Origin: Campylobacterota bacterium | Lineage (GTDB): Bacteria; Babelota; Babeliae; Babelales; RVW-14 | NCBI GenBank assembly: GCA_020633995.1 | Contig: JACKCO010000004.1 | Span: forward strand, 90,928-154,927 | Direction of reading: 5' to 3' | Length of the DNA: 64,000 nt | Translations under genes and position numbers: made by a program | The notes under the pieces: generated by a model | The model's input: only the letters and a program-made list of their open reading frames with translations | Database searches by the model: none | Told to the model about the DNA's origin: nothing | Part shown: in pieces, positions 9,222 through 19,751 of the stretch | How positions within the stretch are numbered: the stretch's first letter is position 1 | Layout: each line of letters begins with the position of its first letter

Positions 9222-9595
9222 CCAGCCTGAAACGCATTGGGCAAATAGTTGACGTGCCATGTTCCATTTTGACGAGTGACAATGGCAACATCGAATCGCA
9301 AAACCTTGTCGACAACACTTTGCTTCATGGCAAAGTGTTTGGCTGTTTTGATGATTTTGTTTTGTTTGCTTTTTGTAATGGTCTGCGTTATGTGAAAGTA
9401 CTCATTAAATCGTGTTTTAACTTCAATAAAAGCAACGACATCATCTTTTTGTGCAATGATGTCAATCTCACCAGCACGTGTTTGATAGTTACGCGCGATG
9501 ACTTGAAAGCCATTTGCCTCAAGATGCGTGCTGACAGCTTGTTCGCCAGCACGCCCAGTTTTTTGCTTAGCTAATGCTTGTGTGTTGTTTGTCAT
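9218..9595 (-). CDS. yraN: YraN-family (UPF0102) endonuclease-like protein
   Basis: 125 aa. G..GE..A..L...G..V.ARNY....GEIDIIA......AFIEVKTR pattern. Confidence 0.85.
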   Translation of the reverse strand: MTNNTQALAKQKTGRAGEQAVSTHLEANGFQVIARNYQTRAGEIDIIAQKDDVVAFIEVKTRFNEYFHITQTITKSKQNKIIKTAKHFAMKQSVVDKVLRFDVAIVTRQNGTWHVNYLPNAFQAG

Positions 9596-9653
9596 AACTC
9601 TGAATCAGTGCGAAATGTCATCGCCGATCAGCGCCGGAGATGACATTGTCAAA

Positions 9654-10535
9654 TTATGCAAGGTCAAGAACAGTTGGTTTGTGGCTGCTGCTCGTATCAA
9701 GCGATTGAGCCATAACGGTAAATTGAGACTGAGGATATTTGGTATCCAATATCTCAATTTTGTGTCTGATTGAGTCTTTGTTATTACGTTTTTTCTCAAG
9801 TTTACACTCTAAAAAGAGTAGACGTGGTTCAAGTGATGAATTTTGTTCTAGAAAGTTGGCTCGTAGATGTTTGAGCCGGTTTTCTGCAGCTTGTAGTTCG
9901 CCTTGTTTGAGGTAATAGTTAAAAACGTATACTTCTTTGTCTACGAGTTTGTTTATGCAGGTTGTTTGAATGTCTTGCACGTCACGACGGTAGCGTAGCT
10001 TGCTAGCGTCGGCTAGATATTTTTTGCAACTTTTGATTGTTTTTTCTGTTCGTGTTTGGTCGCAATCGGTGCGTAGTGTTTGGTAAAAATTCGAAAGAAT
10101 GGATTTGTACTGAGCATACTCAGCGTGTTTGCTTGCAGGGTAGTAATGTTTAAAGTGAGAGTACATTTTCTTTGCTGATGGATAACTTGCTGTTTTAAAG
10201 TACATCTCTGCAAGCATTAGTTTGAACTTACCGATGTTCGGCTCATCTGGGTAGTGTGTGACAATTTTTTCAAGATACGTGATGGCATCCATTTTACGTT
10301 TGCGCTTGATGCTATCAATCGCGTGTTGTTTGAGCTCGGCAAGAGTAAGATCGTCTTCTTTGTTTAGTTTCTTCTTTTTCTTTTTTTTAATCGGTTTTTC
10401 TTGATTTTGTTCAATGGGGATAGTTGTTGTTTTTTCTTTTTTTTGTTTGCCACATCCACTCAGCGTTAAGCCTAGCAACCCTAGGCAGAGGTAAGTGGAT
10501 AGCGTGCTTACTGACATTGAGCGTGTTTTTTGCAT
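9654..10535 (-). CDS. bamD: BamD-like outer-membrane assembly lipoprotein (TPR)
   Basis: Lipoprotein signal ...LLGLTLSGC. TPR-like body whose pattern resembles E. coli BamD (HYPDEP..., YYPASKHAEYAQYK, DCDQTRT..., EVYVFNYYLKQGELQAAENR). Poly-Lys tract after the lipobox. Confidence 0.65.
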   Translation of the reverse strand: MQKTRSMSVSTLSTYLCLGLLGLTLSGCGKQKKEKTTTIPIEQNQEKPIKKKKKKKLNKEDDLTLAELKQHAIDSIKRKRKMDAITYLEKIVTHYPDEPNIGKFKLMLAEMYFKTASYPSAKKMYSHFKHYYPASKHAEYAQYKSILSNFYQTLRTDCDQTRTEKTIKSCKKYLADASKLRYRRDVQDIQTTCINKLVDKEVYVFNYYLKQGELQAAENRLKHLRANFLEQNSSLEPRLLFLECKLEKKRNNKDSIRHKIEILDTKYPQSQFTVMAQSLDTSSSHKPTVLDLA

Positions 10536-10811
10536 GATTGCTTCCCCGATTTTTAAATGTGGTTTGCGTGTAAAAAACGAACATAAAGGAGTTGTGATAG
10601 AGAAATACGTTTTATAGTTCACTTCTGTATCTGTGTGTAATGCTTACGATACCAATAAAAAAAAATTTTACCAGCAGGCAATTATCAATGATAGCGCTAG
10701 CGACAATTGCATTTCTTTGGTAGAATTCTCATTTTACAGTAGTTTCAATGTTTGTATGTATTTTAATTTATAATTTCTTATTGAATTTATAGGCAACGCA
10801 AGGAAAAATTT

Positions 10812-12419
10812 ATGGATAGAAAATTACTTCTGTCAATTGCACTTTCATTGGCGACGGTTGGTGCCATGCATTACTTTTTTGGTAAATTTTCTCAGGCACC
10901 TGAAAAAACGGGGCCTGTCAGCGTAGAACAGCAGGAGCAGACTGCAGTTTCAGGGCAGCCGATCAAAGTGCCAACAACTCAAGATTTGTATAAACCATTG
11001 GTATTAGATGTTTCGTTTGCCGCTGAGCGTAAGGCGGGGTTGGATGAGTCTAATACGGTTGTACAAACAGATTATTGCACTGCTACGTTTTCAAACTATG
11101 GTGCAATATTAACATCACTGGATTTTGATCAGCATACAGGTAGAAATAAAACTGCGCTAAAAACGGTCCAGGCAAAAGGAGTCCACGATGAGCAGCAACG
11201 TAAAAAAGGTTGTTTCTTGCTTGCGCTGGACGAGAACACTCCGTTTATTTATACGCTTAAACAACGACGTGAAACTGATGGTGGCATGGAGCTTGTTTTT
11301 CAAGCAGAAAATGAGTCGTGGGTTATTACAAAAGAGTACGTGTTTGTAAAAGATAGCTATCAGATTGATGTGATTGTTGGGTTTGAGCCAAAAGTTGTAC
11401 AGGCAAAGCCGGTCAAGCCACGCCTCTTTTTTGTAGCACCATTCATTAAGGAGATTGAGCAAGATAGTTTGAGCGTTGTTGCGTGGAATGAGTCAAAGCA
11501 AGCTATTGACAAGTCTGAAGCGGTTAAGGCCCAGGGGCTTGTGTGGCCATGGCAAGGAACAGATCCGTTGTTTGGGGTAGAGAACAAGTATTTTGTTCAT
11601 GCATTAATTAACGACCCAAGCAAATTTGTGCAGCGTGCCTATGTCAAGTATCTTAACGATCGCGAGGTGCTTCCTGTTCTTGAGGGTCCTGAAGTAACTG
11701 AAGGGCGTGAGTGGAGGATGTCATTTTACTTTGGGCCAAAGTTATTTCAGCATTTTGCAAAAGCTGATGCACGTCTTGAAGAGCTTTTGTCTTTTGGATG
11801 GTTGTCATGGCTGTGTAAGCTACTTCTTCAACTGTTGGAAATTATCTACAAGTATGTTGGCAACTTTGGTTTTGCTATCATCATTTTGACAATTTTGCTC
11901 AAGATTCCATTTACCCCATTTTCTATTTATGGACGTCGTAGAATGGAAGAATACCAAAAACATCAGCCGATTATTAACAAAATTAGACAAAAATATCGCA
12001 ATGATCTGAAGCTAGCGCATGAAGAGATTATGAAGTATCACAAGGATCACGGTCTCTCCCCAACCGCGCATATGGTTGGTTGTTTGCCACTGCTTGTGCA
12101 ATTGCCAATTTTGTTTGCACTCTATCGAGTCTTGAACAATTATTTGGCGCTTCATCAGGCACCATTTATTGGCTGGATTGTTGACCTGTCAAGCAAAGAC
12201 CCATACTACGTACTTCCAATCTTGATGGGTCTTTCCATGCTGGTTCAGCAGATTATTGCTCCCGTCAGTGATGAAAAACAACGTGCTGTCATGATGTTTA
12301 TGCCTGTGATTATGACTGTCGTGTTTTTGAACTTTCCAGCAGGTCTTGTCTTGTACTGGTTTGTTAACAACGTGTTGACAGTTGCTGAAGATTCTTTGAG
12401 AAAATATATCTTCGGGTAA
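10812..12419 (+). CDS. yidC: membrane protein insertase YidC
   Basis: 535 aa. N-terminal TM, large periplasmic domain, conserved core FGFAIIILTILLKIPFTPF...QPIINKIRQKY...GCLPLLVQLPILFALY. Confidence 0.92.
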   Translation: MDRKLLLSIALSLATVGAMHYFFGKFSQAPEKTGPVSVEQQEQTAVSGQPIKVPTTQDLYKPLVLDVSFAAERKAGLDESNTVVQTDYCTATFSNYGAILTSLDFDQHTGRNKTALKTVQAKGVHDEQQRKKGCFLLALDENTPFIYTLKQRRETDGGMELVFQAENESWVITKEYVFVKDSYQIDVIVGFEPKVVQAKPVKPRLFFVAPFIKEIEQDSLSVVAWNESKQAIDKSEAVKAQGLVWPWQGTDPLFGVENKYFVHALINDPSKFVQRAYVKYLNDREVLPVLEGPEVTEGREWRMSFYFGPKLFQHFAKADARLEELLSFGWLSWLCKLLLQLLEIIYKYVGNFGFAIIILTILLKIPFTPFSIYGRRRMEEYQKHQPIINKIRQKYRNDLKLAHEEIMKYHKDHGLSPTAHMVGCLPLLVQLPILFALYRVLNNYLALHQAPFIGWIVDLSSKDPYYVLPILMGLSMLVQQIIAPVSDEKQRAVMMFMPVIMTVVFLNFPAGLVLYWFVNNVLTVAEDSLRKYIFG

Positions 12420-12434
12420 TGGCAGGGAGGAGCC

Positions 12435-13034
12435 GTGTTTGGACGACTTCCTGCTCTGAGCAGGCTTATTAGGCAACTACAGAAAGTTCCCTTCTTGGCG
12501 TCTAAAAATATCGCCAAGGTTGCAGTTTATTTTTTGACGCGCGATGATAAAACAATCGATGAGCTCGTTGAATCGATCAAACAGGCGCGTGAACAAGTTA
12601 AATTATGTACGGCATGCTTTAACTGGACGGAGCAGCAGGGACTGTGCTCAATTTGTAGTTCGCCAAAGCGTGATGGCAAGGTTATATGTGTCGTTGAAAC
12701 ATGGCATGATTTATGGTCGATAGAAAATACCGGCGGTTACGAAGGGGTTTATCATATTCTGGGGGGATCACTGTGTCCGCTTGAGGGCATAGGTCCTGAA
12801 CATTTACATATTCAGCCTTTGCTCAAGCGTCTTGAAGGTGATGTTCAAGAAATTATTTTTGCAACCAACCCGACTCCCGAGGGTGAGGCGACTGCAAGCT
12901 TTATTTCTTCAAAAATACAGCATCTTCCATTGACGATCTCTAAGCTTGCAAGCGGTGTTCCTACCGGGTCAAGTTTGGAATATATGGATCGTATAACTAT
13001 AGCTAAGGCGCTTGCAGGTAGAAGGCCATACTAA
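12435..13034 (+). CDS. recR: recombination protein RecR
   Basis: 199 aa. HhH-like N-terminus, C4 zinc finger CTACFNW...CSIC, Toprim region VCVVE. Confidence 0.92.
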   Translation: MFGRLPALSRLIRQLQKVPFLASKNIAKVAVYFLTRDDKTIDELVESIKQAREQVKLCTACFNWTEQQGLCSICSSPKRDGKVICVVETWHDLWSIENTGGYEGVYHILGGSLCPLEGIGPEHLHIQPLLKRLEGDVQEIIFATNPTPEGEATASFISSKIQHLPLTISKLASGVPTGSSLEYMDRITIAKALAGRRPY

Positions 13035-13041
13035 GGTTGGC

Positions 13042-15441
13042 GTGACATATTTTAAGTTCATTACTCGTCTTGGTTTGTGCCTGCTTAGCTTTGCATTGTT
13101 GGGTAATGTACATGCAGCACTACCCAAAGTTTCAACAGCCATTGATCGCATTAAAATAGAAAGCAAGCGTCAAGTTGTACATGCGCTTGAAACCTTTACG
13201 TTTTATGATCAGGTGGATGTACTTATTGATGAAAAAATCCATTTGTGTGCTGATGTTGTCACCTTTGATAAGAAGAAAAACATTATTGTCGCAGAAAAAA
13301 AAACAGAGGGACACGTCAAGGTTGAAGGGCAAGACTTTCTCATTTTGACTGACCGCTTTGTTTTCGATCTTAATGATCAGACGGGCCATGCTGATTCAAT
13401 AGTTTTGCATGTTGATGAAGGATATGTGTACGCGCAACAAGCAGAAAAGATTAATCGCCGTGATTGGCATATAAAAAGTTTACAGTTTACTCCCTGCGAT
13501 GGGCGCAGGCCACACTGGCAAATGAAAGCTAAGCGTGCAATGTTACGCGGTGGCTATTTTATAAAGATGCACGATGCGCTGTTTAAGGCGGGGCCATTGC
13601 CAATATTTTCTTTGCCACGCTTTATGTTGCCAATTGGTCTACTTTCGCCTCATACAAGCAGTTCAGGTTTTTTATTTCCGCGATTTGTGCTCGATTCTGA
13701 TTACGGCATTGGTTTTAAGCAAGAGTATTACTATCGAATACATGAGCATGCTGATACAACACTTGGTCTTGACTGGCGCGATCGTCGAGGTATTGTTTTT
13801 TTTGATGAATTGCGTTGGGCCCGATCGCCGCAAGATTTTACACTTTTTAATGCTCACTATGCGGTTGTCAATGACAATCTTGTGAGACGAAACAAAAGGG
13901 TGGTGAGTAAAAAACAACACCGTTATTGGGTTGTGGGTAAGGATTTTCGTACCTTTGATCTTTTTTCTGGTAAGGACATTGATCTTAATAGTTTAGTCAG
14001 ACTTGATTTTGGGACTGATAAGCGTATTGGCTATCATTTTTTTAATACGATAGAGGACGTTGAAGACAGTTTTTGTAATTCGGTTATAGCGCGACTAGCC
14101 AGTCCAAAAAATTTGCTTGAGCTTAGTCTTGACAGTATTAAAACGAATAGACGACAATTTATTGATTTTTCATTGACGCAAGATGCGCATTTACATGAGT
14201 TGAGTCAAAAGCTTGCTTGCAAGCGGGAGCAGGAAGGGACAGCTATTTGCAAGCGTAAAGAGCTGGAGGATCGTGTTTCAGTTGTCAAGGTGCCGCATTT
14301 TGAAGTTAATCAGGCGTGGCAAAGGATTGGTGATTTTCTCTCATACAGACATGATTTTTTCATAGACCATATTTATTATCGTCAAAAAGAAGCAGAGCGT
14401 ACCTATTCTAACTCTTTGCTTGTTGACACTCGTTTGTTAAAGCCATTGGATGAAACATCGCTTATTCGTTTTAACTATCATGGCAATGTATCTGCTCATG
14501 CTCAATTTTATTCAAATGCATTGACAGCTTATTTTAAGCCAGTTGTTCAAGTCAGATCTGACAAGCAGCAAGATGCTGTATTTTCAAAAAATGTGTGGGA
14601 AGAACGCGTGCTTGGTCGTGGTGGTTACCGAGCTTTTTTAGCAGCGGGAGCTACATGGGCTTTTCCCGAGTGGAGCTTGCTTTCCCATAATGGCTCGTGG
14701 GGAAACTATTTTCAGCCGTGTTTGACCTGGGATTTTGTTCCAAGGTTTTTTCAAGATCATTGGTATTATATGGACAAATGGGATCGTTTCTTTGCAAAAA
14801 ATCAGCTGGGATTGACGTTACACAATGCATGGCATAAGGACCCATGGCATGCAGAGATCTGTTTGAGTCAGGGATATGATTTTTTCCCATCAAAAGATCG
14901 TTTTTTCCTTGATCGGTCAGTGACACATGAGCATTTGTTGCCTTTTCGTTTGAATGCTGAAGGGGGCTTTAGATATGTCAATTTTGTTTGTGATCAAGAA
15001 TATGATTGGAAGCGCTTTAACCTTTTGCAGTCGTATTGTGGTGTTGGTATTAATACAGATCGTTTTAATATCTCTTTGGGTTATCTTTATCAAGATCGTA
15101 AAGCCCAAGAAGTTAGAGATATTTTAACCAACGTTTCTCATTTTTTATTACTTAATTGTCAAATACCTCTTGGCAAATGTGCGACGCTGTTCTATGATGC
15201 ACAGTTATATGCTCAGGGCAAATCAAGCTTCTTAAAGTTAGGTACGGTAAGACCATTGCTCCATCGTATACGTTTTGACTATGCTGGACATTGCTGGGGC
15301 TTTTATTTGGGTTATGAACAGAAGCGGTACCGAGAATTTGGTAATAATCGCAGTGAACATGCCGTGGTATTTTCTTTACGACTTGATTCTCTCGGTTCAT
15401 TTGCAAAGAAATTTAAAAGGCCTCAATTTATTAAACGTTGA
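13042..15441 (+). CDS. lptD: LPS-assembly outer-membrane protein LptD
   Basis: Signal peptide after the GTG at 13042 (MTYFKFITRLGLCLLSFALLGNVHA). OstA-like N-domain ending ...FTPCD. The FKAGPLPIFSLPRFMLPI...SSSGFLFPRF block matches E. coli LptD FKVGPVPIFYSPYLQLPV...RRSGFLIP. ~800 aa. Confidence 0.85.
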   Translation: MTYFKFITRLGLCLLSFALLGNVHAALPKVSTAIDRIKIESKRQVVHALETFTFYDQVDVLIDEKIHLCADVVTFDKKKNIIVAEKKTEGHVKVEGQDFLILTDRFVFDLNDQTGHADSIVLHVDEGYVYAQQAEKINRRDWHIKSLQFTPCDGRRPHWQMKAKRAMLRGGYFIKMHDALFKAGPLPIFSLPRFMLPIGLLSPHTSSSGFLFPRFVLDSDYGIGFKQEYYYRIHEHADTTLGLDWRDRRGIVFFDELRWARSPQDFTLFNAHYAVVNDNLVRRNKRVVSKKQHRYWVVGKDFRTFDLFSGKDIDLNSLVRLDFGTDKRIGYHFFNTIEDVEDSFCNSVIARLASPKNLLELSLDSIKTNRRQFIDFSLTQDAHLHELSQKLACKREQEGTAICKRKELEDRVSVVKVPHFEVNQAWQRIGDFLSYRHDFFIDHIYYRQKEAERTYSNSLLVDTRLLKPLDETSLIRFNYHGNVSAHAQFYSNALTAYFKPVVQVRSDKQQDAVFSKNVWEERVLGRGGYRAFLAAGATWAFPEWSLLSHNGSWGNYFQPCLTWDFVPRFFQDHWYYMDKWDRFFAKNQLGLTLHNAWHKDPWHAEICLSQGYDFFPSKDRFFLDRSVTHEHLLPFRLNAEGGFRYVNFVCDQEYDWKRFNLLQSYCGVGINTDRFNISLGYLYQDRKAQEVRDILTNVSHFLLLNCQIPLGKCATLFYDAQLYAQGKSSFLKLGTVRPLLHRIRFDYAGHCWGFYLGYEQKRYREFGNNRSEHAVVFSLRLDSLGSFAKKFKRPQFIKR

Positions 15442-15456
15442 GTTTATCAGATTGAT

Positions 15457-16764
15457 TTGACAGAAAGGGAGTGTGTGCATTTTTCAAAACCTCAAAACTA
15501 TACTTTATTCAAAAGACGAAGAGCGATGCTTACAGAGTTGGTTAAGCAACAGTTTGCTCAGGTTCGAGATGGCATTATTTTGCTGTGTGGTGCGTTTGAG
15601 CCTGATCGTACTGTTTTTCGTCAAGAAAGTTCCTTTTATTATTTGACGGGAATCACTGAACCTGGTGTTATGTTGGGTATCGATTTGAATGAGCAAGAGG
15701 TTTTATACGTTCCCCAGTTTTCCTCAGTACGTCAACAGTGGGTAACAACGACAATTGATGCTGAACGAGATGCAACACTTTTGGAGGTGGATAGCATAAA
15801 ATTTTTAGGTTCAGAGCAAAAGGGGTACTCGTTTGTACCTATTTTTACGCTTGAAAAATATCAAAATATTTTGGCTACGTTAAAAGAACGTATGGTGCCT
15901 GATACAACGTTATTTGTTATTCGTGATGAGCACCAGACAGGTGCTGTCCTGCAGTATCAGCTCCTTGATTTTTTAATTGGTCAATTAGGTATTTCGTATG
16001 AGCGTGTTGTCAATGTTGCTCCAGTAGTGCATGAAATGCGTAAAGCCAAAGATGAGTACGAAATAGATTTACTCTACAAAGCTGCGCAGCTGACCAGTAT
16101 GGCGCAAGAGTCAATAGCAAAGGCTATTCAACCTGGTAAATTTGAGTACGAATTGCAGGCAACTATTGAATTTATATTTTCTCACATAGCTGCCGCAGGT
16201 CCAGCATTTCCGTCGATTGTAGCAACTGGACAAAATACAACGATCCTGCATTACACTGATCGGATACATCAACTGAGAGAAAATGAACTAGTAGTTGTTG
16301 ATATTGGTGCAGAATATGGGTATTATGCAGCAGATATTACGCGTACTTATCCTGTAGATGGTGTTTTTAGTACACGGCAAAAAGAAGTATACAACATAGT
16401 GTTGGAGACGCAGCGCTATGTTGAAGGCATTGCAAAACCAGGAATGTTTTTATCAAACCCTGAACAGCAAGATAAGTCACTCCATCATTTAGCAATTAAA
16501 TTTTTAGAAGGAAAAGGATACGCACAGTATTTTTGTCATGGCATAGGGCATTATTTGGGGCTAGATGTGCATGATGTTGGTTCATACAAGGTTCCGCTTG
16601 AGCCGGGCAATGTATTCACTATTGAACCAGGCCTGTATATTTGCGAAGAGAATATCGGTGTGCGTATTGAAGATGATTACGTCATGACTGACGAGGGGGC
16701 GGTTTGTTTAAGTTATGAATTAACCAAAGAGGCTGATGAAATCGAGAGATTAATGGCCCGCTAA
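15457..16764 (+). CDS. pepP: Xaa-Pro aminopeptidase (M24B)
   Basis: HGIGHYLGLDVHD and the metal ligands of the pita-bread fold (DIGAEY..YAADITRT, IEPG, RIEDD). The exact start is uncertain (TTG 15457 or GTG 15475). Confidence 0.88.
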   Translation: MTERECVHFSKPQNYTLFKRRRAMLTELVKQQFAQVRDGIILLCGAFEPDRTVFRQESSFYYLTGITEPGVMLGIDLNEQEVLYVPQFSSVRQQWVTTTIDAERDATLLEVDSIKFLGSEQKGYSFVPIFTLEKYQNILATLKERMVPDTTLFVIRDEHQTGAVLQYQLLDFLIGQLGISYERVVNVAPVVHEMRKAKDEYEIDLLYKAAQLTSMAQESIAKAIQPGKFEYELQATIEFIFSHIAAAGPAFPSIVATGQNTTILHYTDRIHQLRENELVVVDIGAEYGYYAADITRTYPVDGVFSTRQKEVYNIVLETQRYVEGIAKPGMFLSNPEQQDKSLHHLAIKFLEGKGYAQYFCHGIGHYLGLDVHDVGSYKVPLEPGNVFTIEPGLYICEENIGVRIEDDYVMTDEGAVCLSYELTKEADEIERLMAR

Positions 16765-16787
16765 AAAGATCTAAAAAAGGAGACATC

Positions 16788-18455
16788 GTGATTGATCAGA
16801 GCATAGATCAGCTTATTGCTCGAGTCAAAGAAATGCAGACAAAGTTTATTATTGTAACTGGAGGTGTCTGTTCATCTATTGGTAAAGGCGTATTAACATC
16901 TTCCATTGGTGTGTTGCTTAAGAGTTCGGGATATAAATTATCGGTTATTAAATGTGACCCTTACCTCAATGTCGACCCTGGCACAATGTCACCGCTTGAG
17001 CATGGTGAAGTTTTTGTTACCAATGATGGTGCCGAAACCGATCTTGATCTTGGTCATTACGAGCGCATGCTTGGTATTCATTTAGCGCAAGATTCATCGA
17101 TTTCGTCGGGACAGATTTTTCAGGAGGTACTTGAAGGAGAGCGCAAGGGTAAATATCTTGGTAAGTGTATACAGCTGGTGCCGCATGCAGCAAATACTGT
17201 TAAACAACGCTTGCTTGAGTTTGCGCTTAAGCACGAGGTAGAGTATGTGTTGGTTGAAATTGGTGGCACGGTTGGCGACATGGAAGGTGACTTATTTTTA
17301 GAAGCCATCAGACAGCTACGTATGGAGCTGGGCAGGCAGGTAATGCTTGCGCATTTAAGTTATGTACCTCATCTTGAGTGGACTGGTGAAGTCAAAACAA
17401 AACCAACACAACATAGTGTTATGGAGCTTAAAAAAGCTGGGCTTGTTCCCGACTGTTTATTCCTACGAACCGAGCAGCCAATTCCTGAGAAGTCGGTTGA
17501 AAAAGTTGCACTCACGTGCGGTGTTGGGCGAGATTTTATTTTTCAAGTTTTGACATTTGAAGCTTTAGCAAAATTGTTTGTTGATTTGAATGAACAAAAT
17601 TTGTGTGCACGAATTCAGCAGCATTTTAACCACGAAGAAATCAAAAAAGCAGATCTTAGTTTTTGGCAGACGTACATAAGCTTAATTGAGCAGAGCAGTA
17701 AAGAACTCAACATTGGGCTTATTGCAAAGTACGTTGGTGCTAATGACCCGTATATTAGTATTATTGAGGCGCTTAAGACCGCTGGGTTTTACCAGCAACG
17801 TCGTGTTAAAGTTACAGTGATTGATGCTGAGCTACTTGAGCCCGGTCAAGAAGAGCATGACCAAGCGTGGCAACAGCTTAAAGAACTTGATGCTATTTTA
17901 GTACCTGGCGGATTTGATAAGCGTGGTGTTGAGGGTAAAGTACTTGCAGCGACGTGGGCAAGAGAAAATAATGTACCATTTTTTGGTATATGCCTTGGAA
18001 TGCAAGTTATGTTGATTGAGGCAGCGCGTTCTTTAGTTGGACTTGAAGGAGCGAATAGTACAGAAATTGATCCTAAAACGAAACATGCCGTTATTTCTTT
18101 GCTTGATGAGCAGCGTGGTGTTACCAGAAAAGGTGCTAGTATGCGACGTGGGGCATATCCGTGTACCATGCAGCCGGCAACAAAAGCTCAAGCAGCGTAT
18201 GGCAAGCCTGTTATTTATGAACGGCATCGTCATCGTTATGAGGTTAATAATGCTTATCGAAAATCGTACGAGGACGCGGGTCTGGTGTTTTCAGGGGTGT
18301 ACCGAGATAAAGAGCTTGTAGAGATTGCAGAGTTCCCAGACCACAGATTTATGCTTGGGGTCCAGTTTCATCCAGAGTTTTGTTCTACACCACGCAGTCC
18401 ACATCCGTTGTTTTCAGCTTTTGTAAAAGCAGCTGTTGAGCGTAAGCAGCAATAG
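16788..18455 (+). CDS. pyrG: CTP synthase
   Basis: 555 aa. FIIVTGGVCSSIGKG P-loop-like N-terminus, GATase GICLGMQ, HPEF. AAGGAGA SD before the GTG. Confidence 0.95.
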   Translation: MIDQSIDQLIARVKEMQTKFIIVTGGVCSSIGKGVLTSSIGVLLKSSGYKLSVIKCDPYLNVDPGTMSPLEHGEVFVTNDGAETDLDLGHYERMLGIHLAQDSSISSGQIFQEVLEGERKGKYLGKCIQLVPHAANTVKQRLLEFALKHEVEYVLVEIGGTVGDMEGDLFLEAIRQLRMELGRQVMLAHLSYVPHLEWTGEVKTKPTQHSVMELKKAGLVPDCLFLRTEQPIPEKSVEKVALTCGVGRDFIFQVLTFEALAKLFVDLNEQNLCARIQQHFNHEEIKKADLSFWQTYISLIEQSSKELNIGLIAKYVGANDPYISIIEALKTAGFYQQRRVKVTVIDAELLEPGQEEHDQAWQQLKELDAILVPGGFDKRGVEGKVLAATWARENNVPFFGICLGMQVMLIEAARSLVGLEGANSTEIDPKTKHAVISLLDEQRGVTRKGASMRRGAYPCTMQPATKAQAAYGKPVIYERHRHRYEVNNAYRKSYEDAGLVFSGVYRDKELVEIAEFPDHRFMLGVQFHPEFCSTPRSPHPLFSAFVKAAVERKQQ

Positions 18456-18459
18456 AAAA

Positions 18460-18492
18460 GGCCCGCTTTAAGCGGGCCCATTTGTTTATTTT
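18460..18492. terminator. bidirectional terminator between convergent pyrG and a small membrane-protein gene
   Basis: ggcccgc-tttaa-gcgggcc stem-loop flanked by an A-rich 5' side and a T-rich 3' side. Confidence 0.65.
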
Positions 18493-18863
18493 GACTGATC
18501 TTTTCCTGGTGGGAAGTAGTAGTTGTGTGCGGCGTATACTAACAGTCCAAGACCTGCGAGTGTTAGGGTTATGCCATAGGCATTGTAGTTTGTGTTGAGC
18601 CGGGATCCGTATATTGCTACTGGAATTCTGTATGCTAGACATTCTCCAAGGTATTGGTTTAGGTCATCTATAGCTAAGGATCTCCAAATATTTGCCTTAG
18701 TGATCTCGTATCCCTTATAAAAACTTGCAAGTCCGGCAATAAGCGATGTTGTTCCTAGAGCTCCTGGAATTGCGTAGGGAGCATGGTTAGTAGCTTGCAT
18801 GCCGTGACCGTTAGCAAGGGTGATTGCACAAGCAGCAAAAAAGATTTTTGAAATAGTTTTCAT
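18486..18863 (-). CDS. hypothetical small secreted/membrane protein
   Basis: GGAGG SD 8 nt upstream of the ATG at 18863. Signal peptide MKTISKIFFAACAITLANG plus two further hydrophobic segments. Confidence 0.6.
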   Translation of the reverse strand: MKTISKIFFAACAITLANGHGMQATNHAPYAIPGALGTTSLIAGLASFYKGYEITKANIWRSLAIDDLNQYLGECLAYRIPVAIYGSRLNTNYNAYGITLTLAGLGLLVYAAHNYYFPPGKDQSK

Positions 18864-19234
18864 GAGTGTAACCTCCATTACAATAAAAACAGTAAAATGT
18901 TTTAACTGTAATTAATTTTACAATATTTCTGTTAAAAAATAAAATGGGGGGCTGTGATAGGCTAGTAAATTGGTCTATATTCGATGAATATGTCCTACTG
19001 GTAGTAGTACTTATATTTTCTCAGCAACTCTTTTTGCATTGCCTATATTTTCTATTTGAAATTTTAATAATTAATGATAGTTTAGGGAGAGGTGGAGGGG
19101 CTTGTCGTATGTGTTAATTTAGGCAAACTTAATTTGACCGAACCTATTTTTTCCTTTAAAATAAGGCTTTCGAACGAAATTAAAATTCTAAAATCAACGA
19201 TTAATAGAGCATTTGCGCTGTGAGGTAATTCCCT

Positions 19235-19669
19235 ATGGACATGAATAAAAGCTTTAGACTTAGACCCGAAGATCGTGACCCCAAATGGCATGTAATTGAT
19301 GCGTCAGACCAGGTTCTTGGTCGTTTGTGCACACGAGTTGCTGACATTTTGCGTGGTAAAGATAGACCAGAATATACACCGCATACCGACAGTGGTGACT
19401 ATGTTGTTATCACCAATTGTGAAAAGATTAAATTGACTGGCGCAAAGTGGGACGACAAGATTTATTCTCGTTACTCCGGCTGGATGGGCGGTCTTAAGCA
19501 GATTCCTGCGAAAAAAATGTTTGAAAAAGATCCTCGCCGTCTTATTTTGCTTGGCGTTCGTGGTATGTTGCCAAAGAACAGATTAAATCGTACTATTTTG
19601 AAAAAGCTCAAAGTGTACGTTGGCAATGAGCATCCACACGAAGCGCAGACTAGCGTAAAGCAAGCATAA
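19235..19669 (+). CDS. rplM: 50S ribosomal protein L13
   Basis: KWHVIDASDQVLGRLCTRVADILRGK... canonical L13. Confidence 0.95.
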   Translation: MDMNKSFRLRPEDRDPKWHVIDASDQVLGRLCTRVADILRGKDRPEYTPHTDSGDYVVITNCEKIKLTGAKWDDKIYSRYSGWMGGLKQIPAKKMFEKDPRRLILLGVRGMLPKNRLNRTILKKLKVYVGNEHPHEAQTSVKQA

Positions 19670-19696
19670 ATTTAATACGCGCAAATATAGATTATG

Positions 19697-19732
19697 AGGG
19701 GCACTAAATTTAGTGCCCCTTTCCTGTTTCTT
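19697..19732 (+). terminator. rho-independent terminator after rplM
   Basis: Perfect 10-bp stem aggggcacta/tagtgcccct with a 4-nt loop, followed by ttcctgtttctt. Confidence 0.7.
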
Positions 19733-19751
19733 ATAAATTCTGAGCAAAAGT

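Noticed and set aside
19082-19291. 69-aa minus-strand ORF overlapping the rplM start
   Set aside because: It overlaps a confidently identified gene and its upstream region. It has no SD and no motif.
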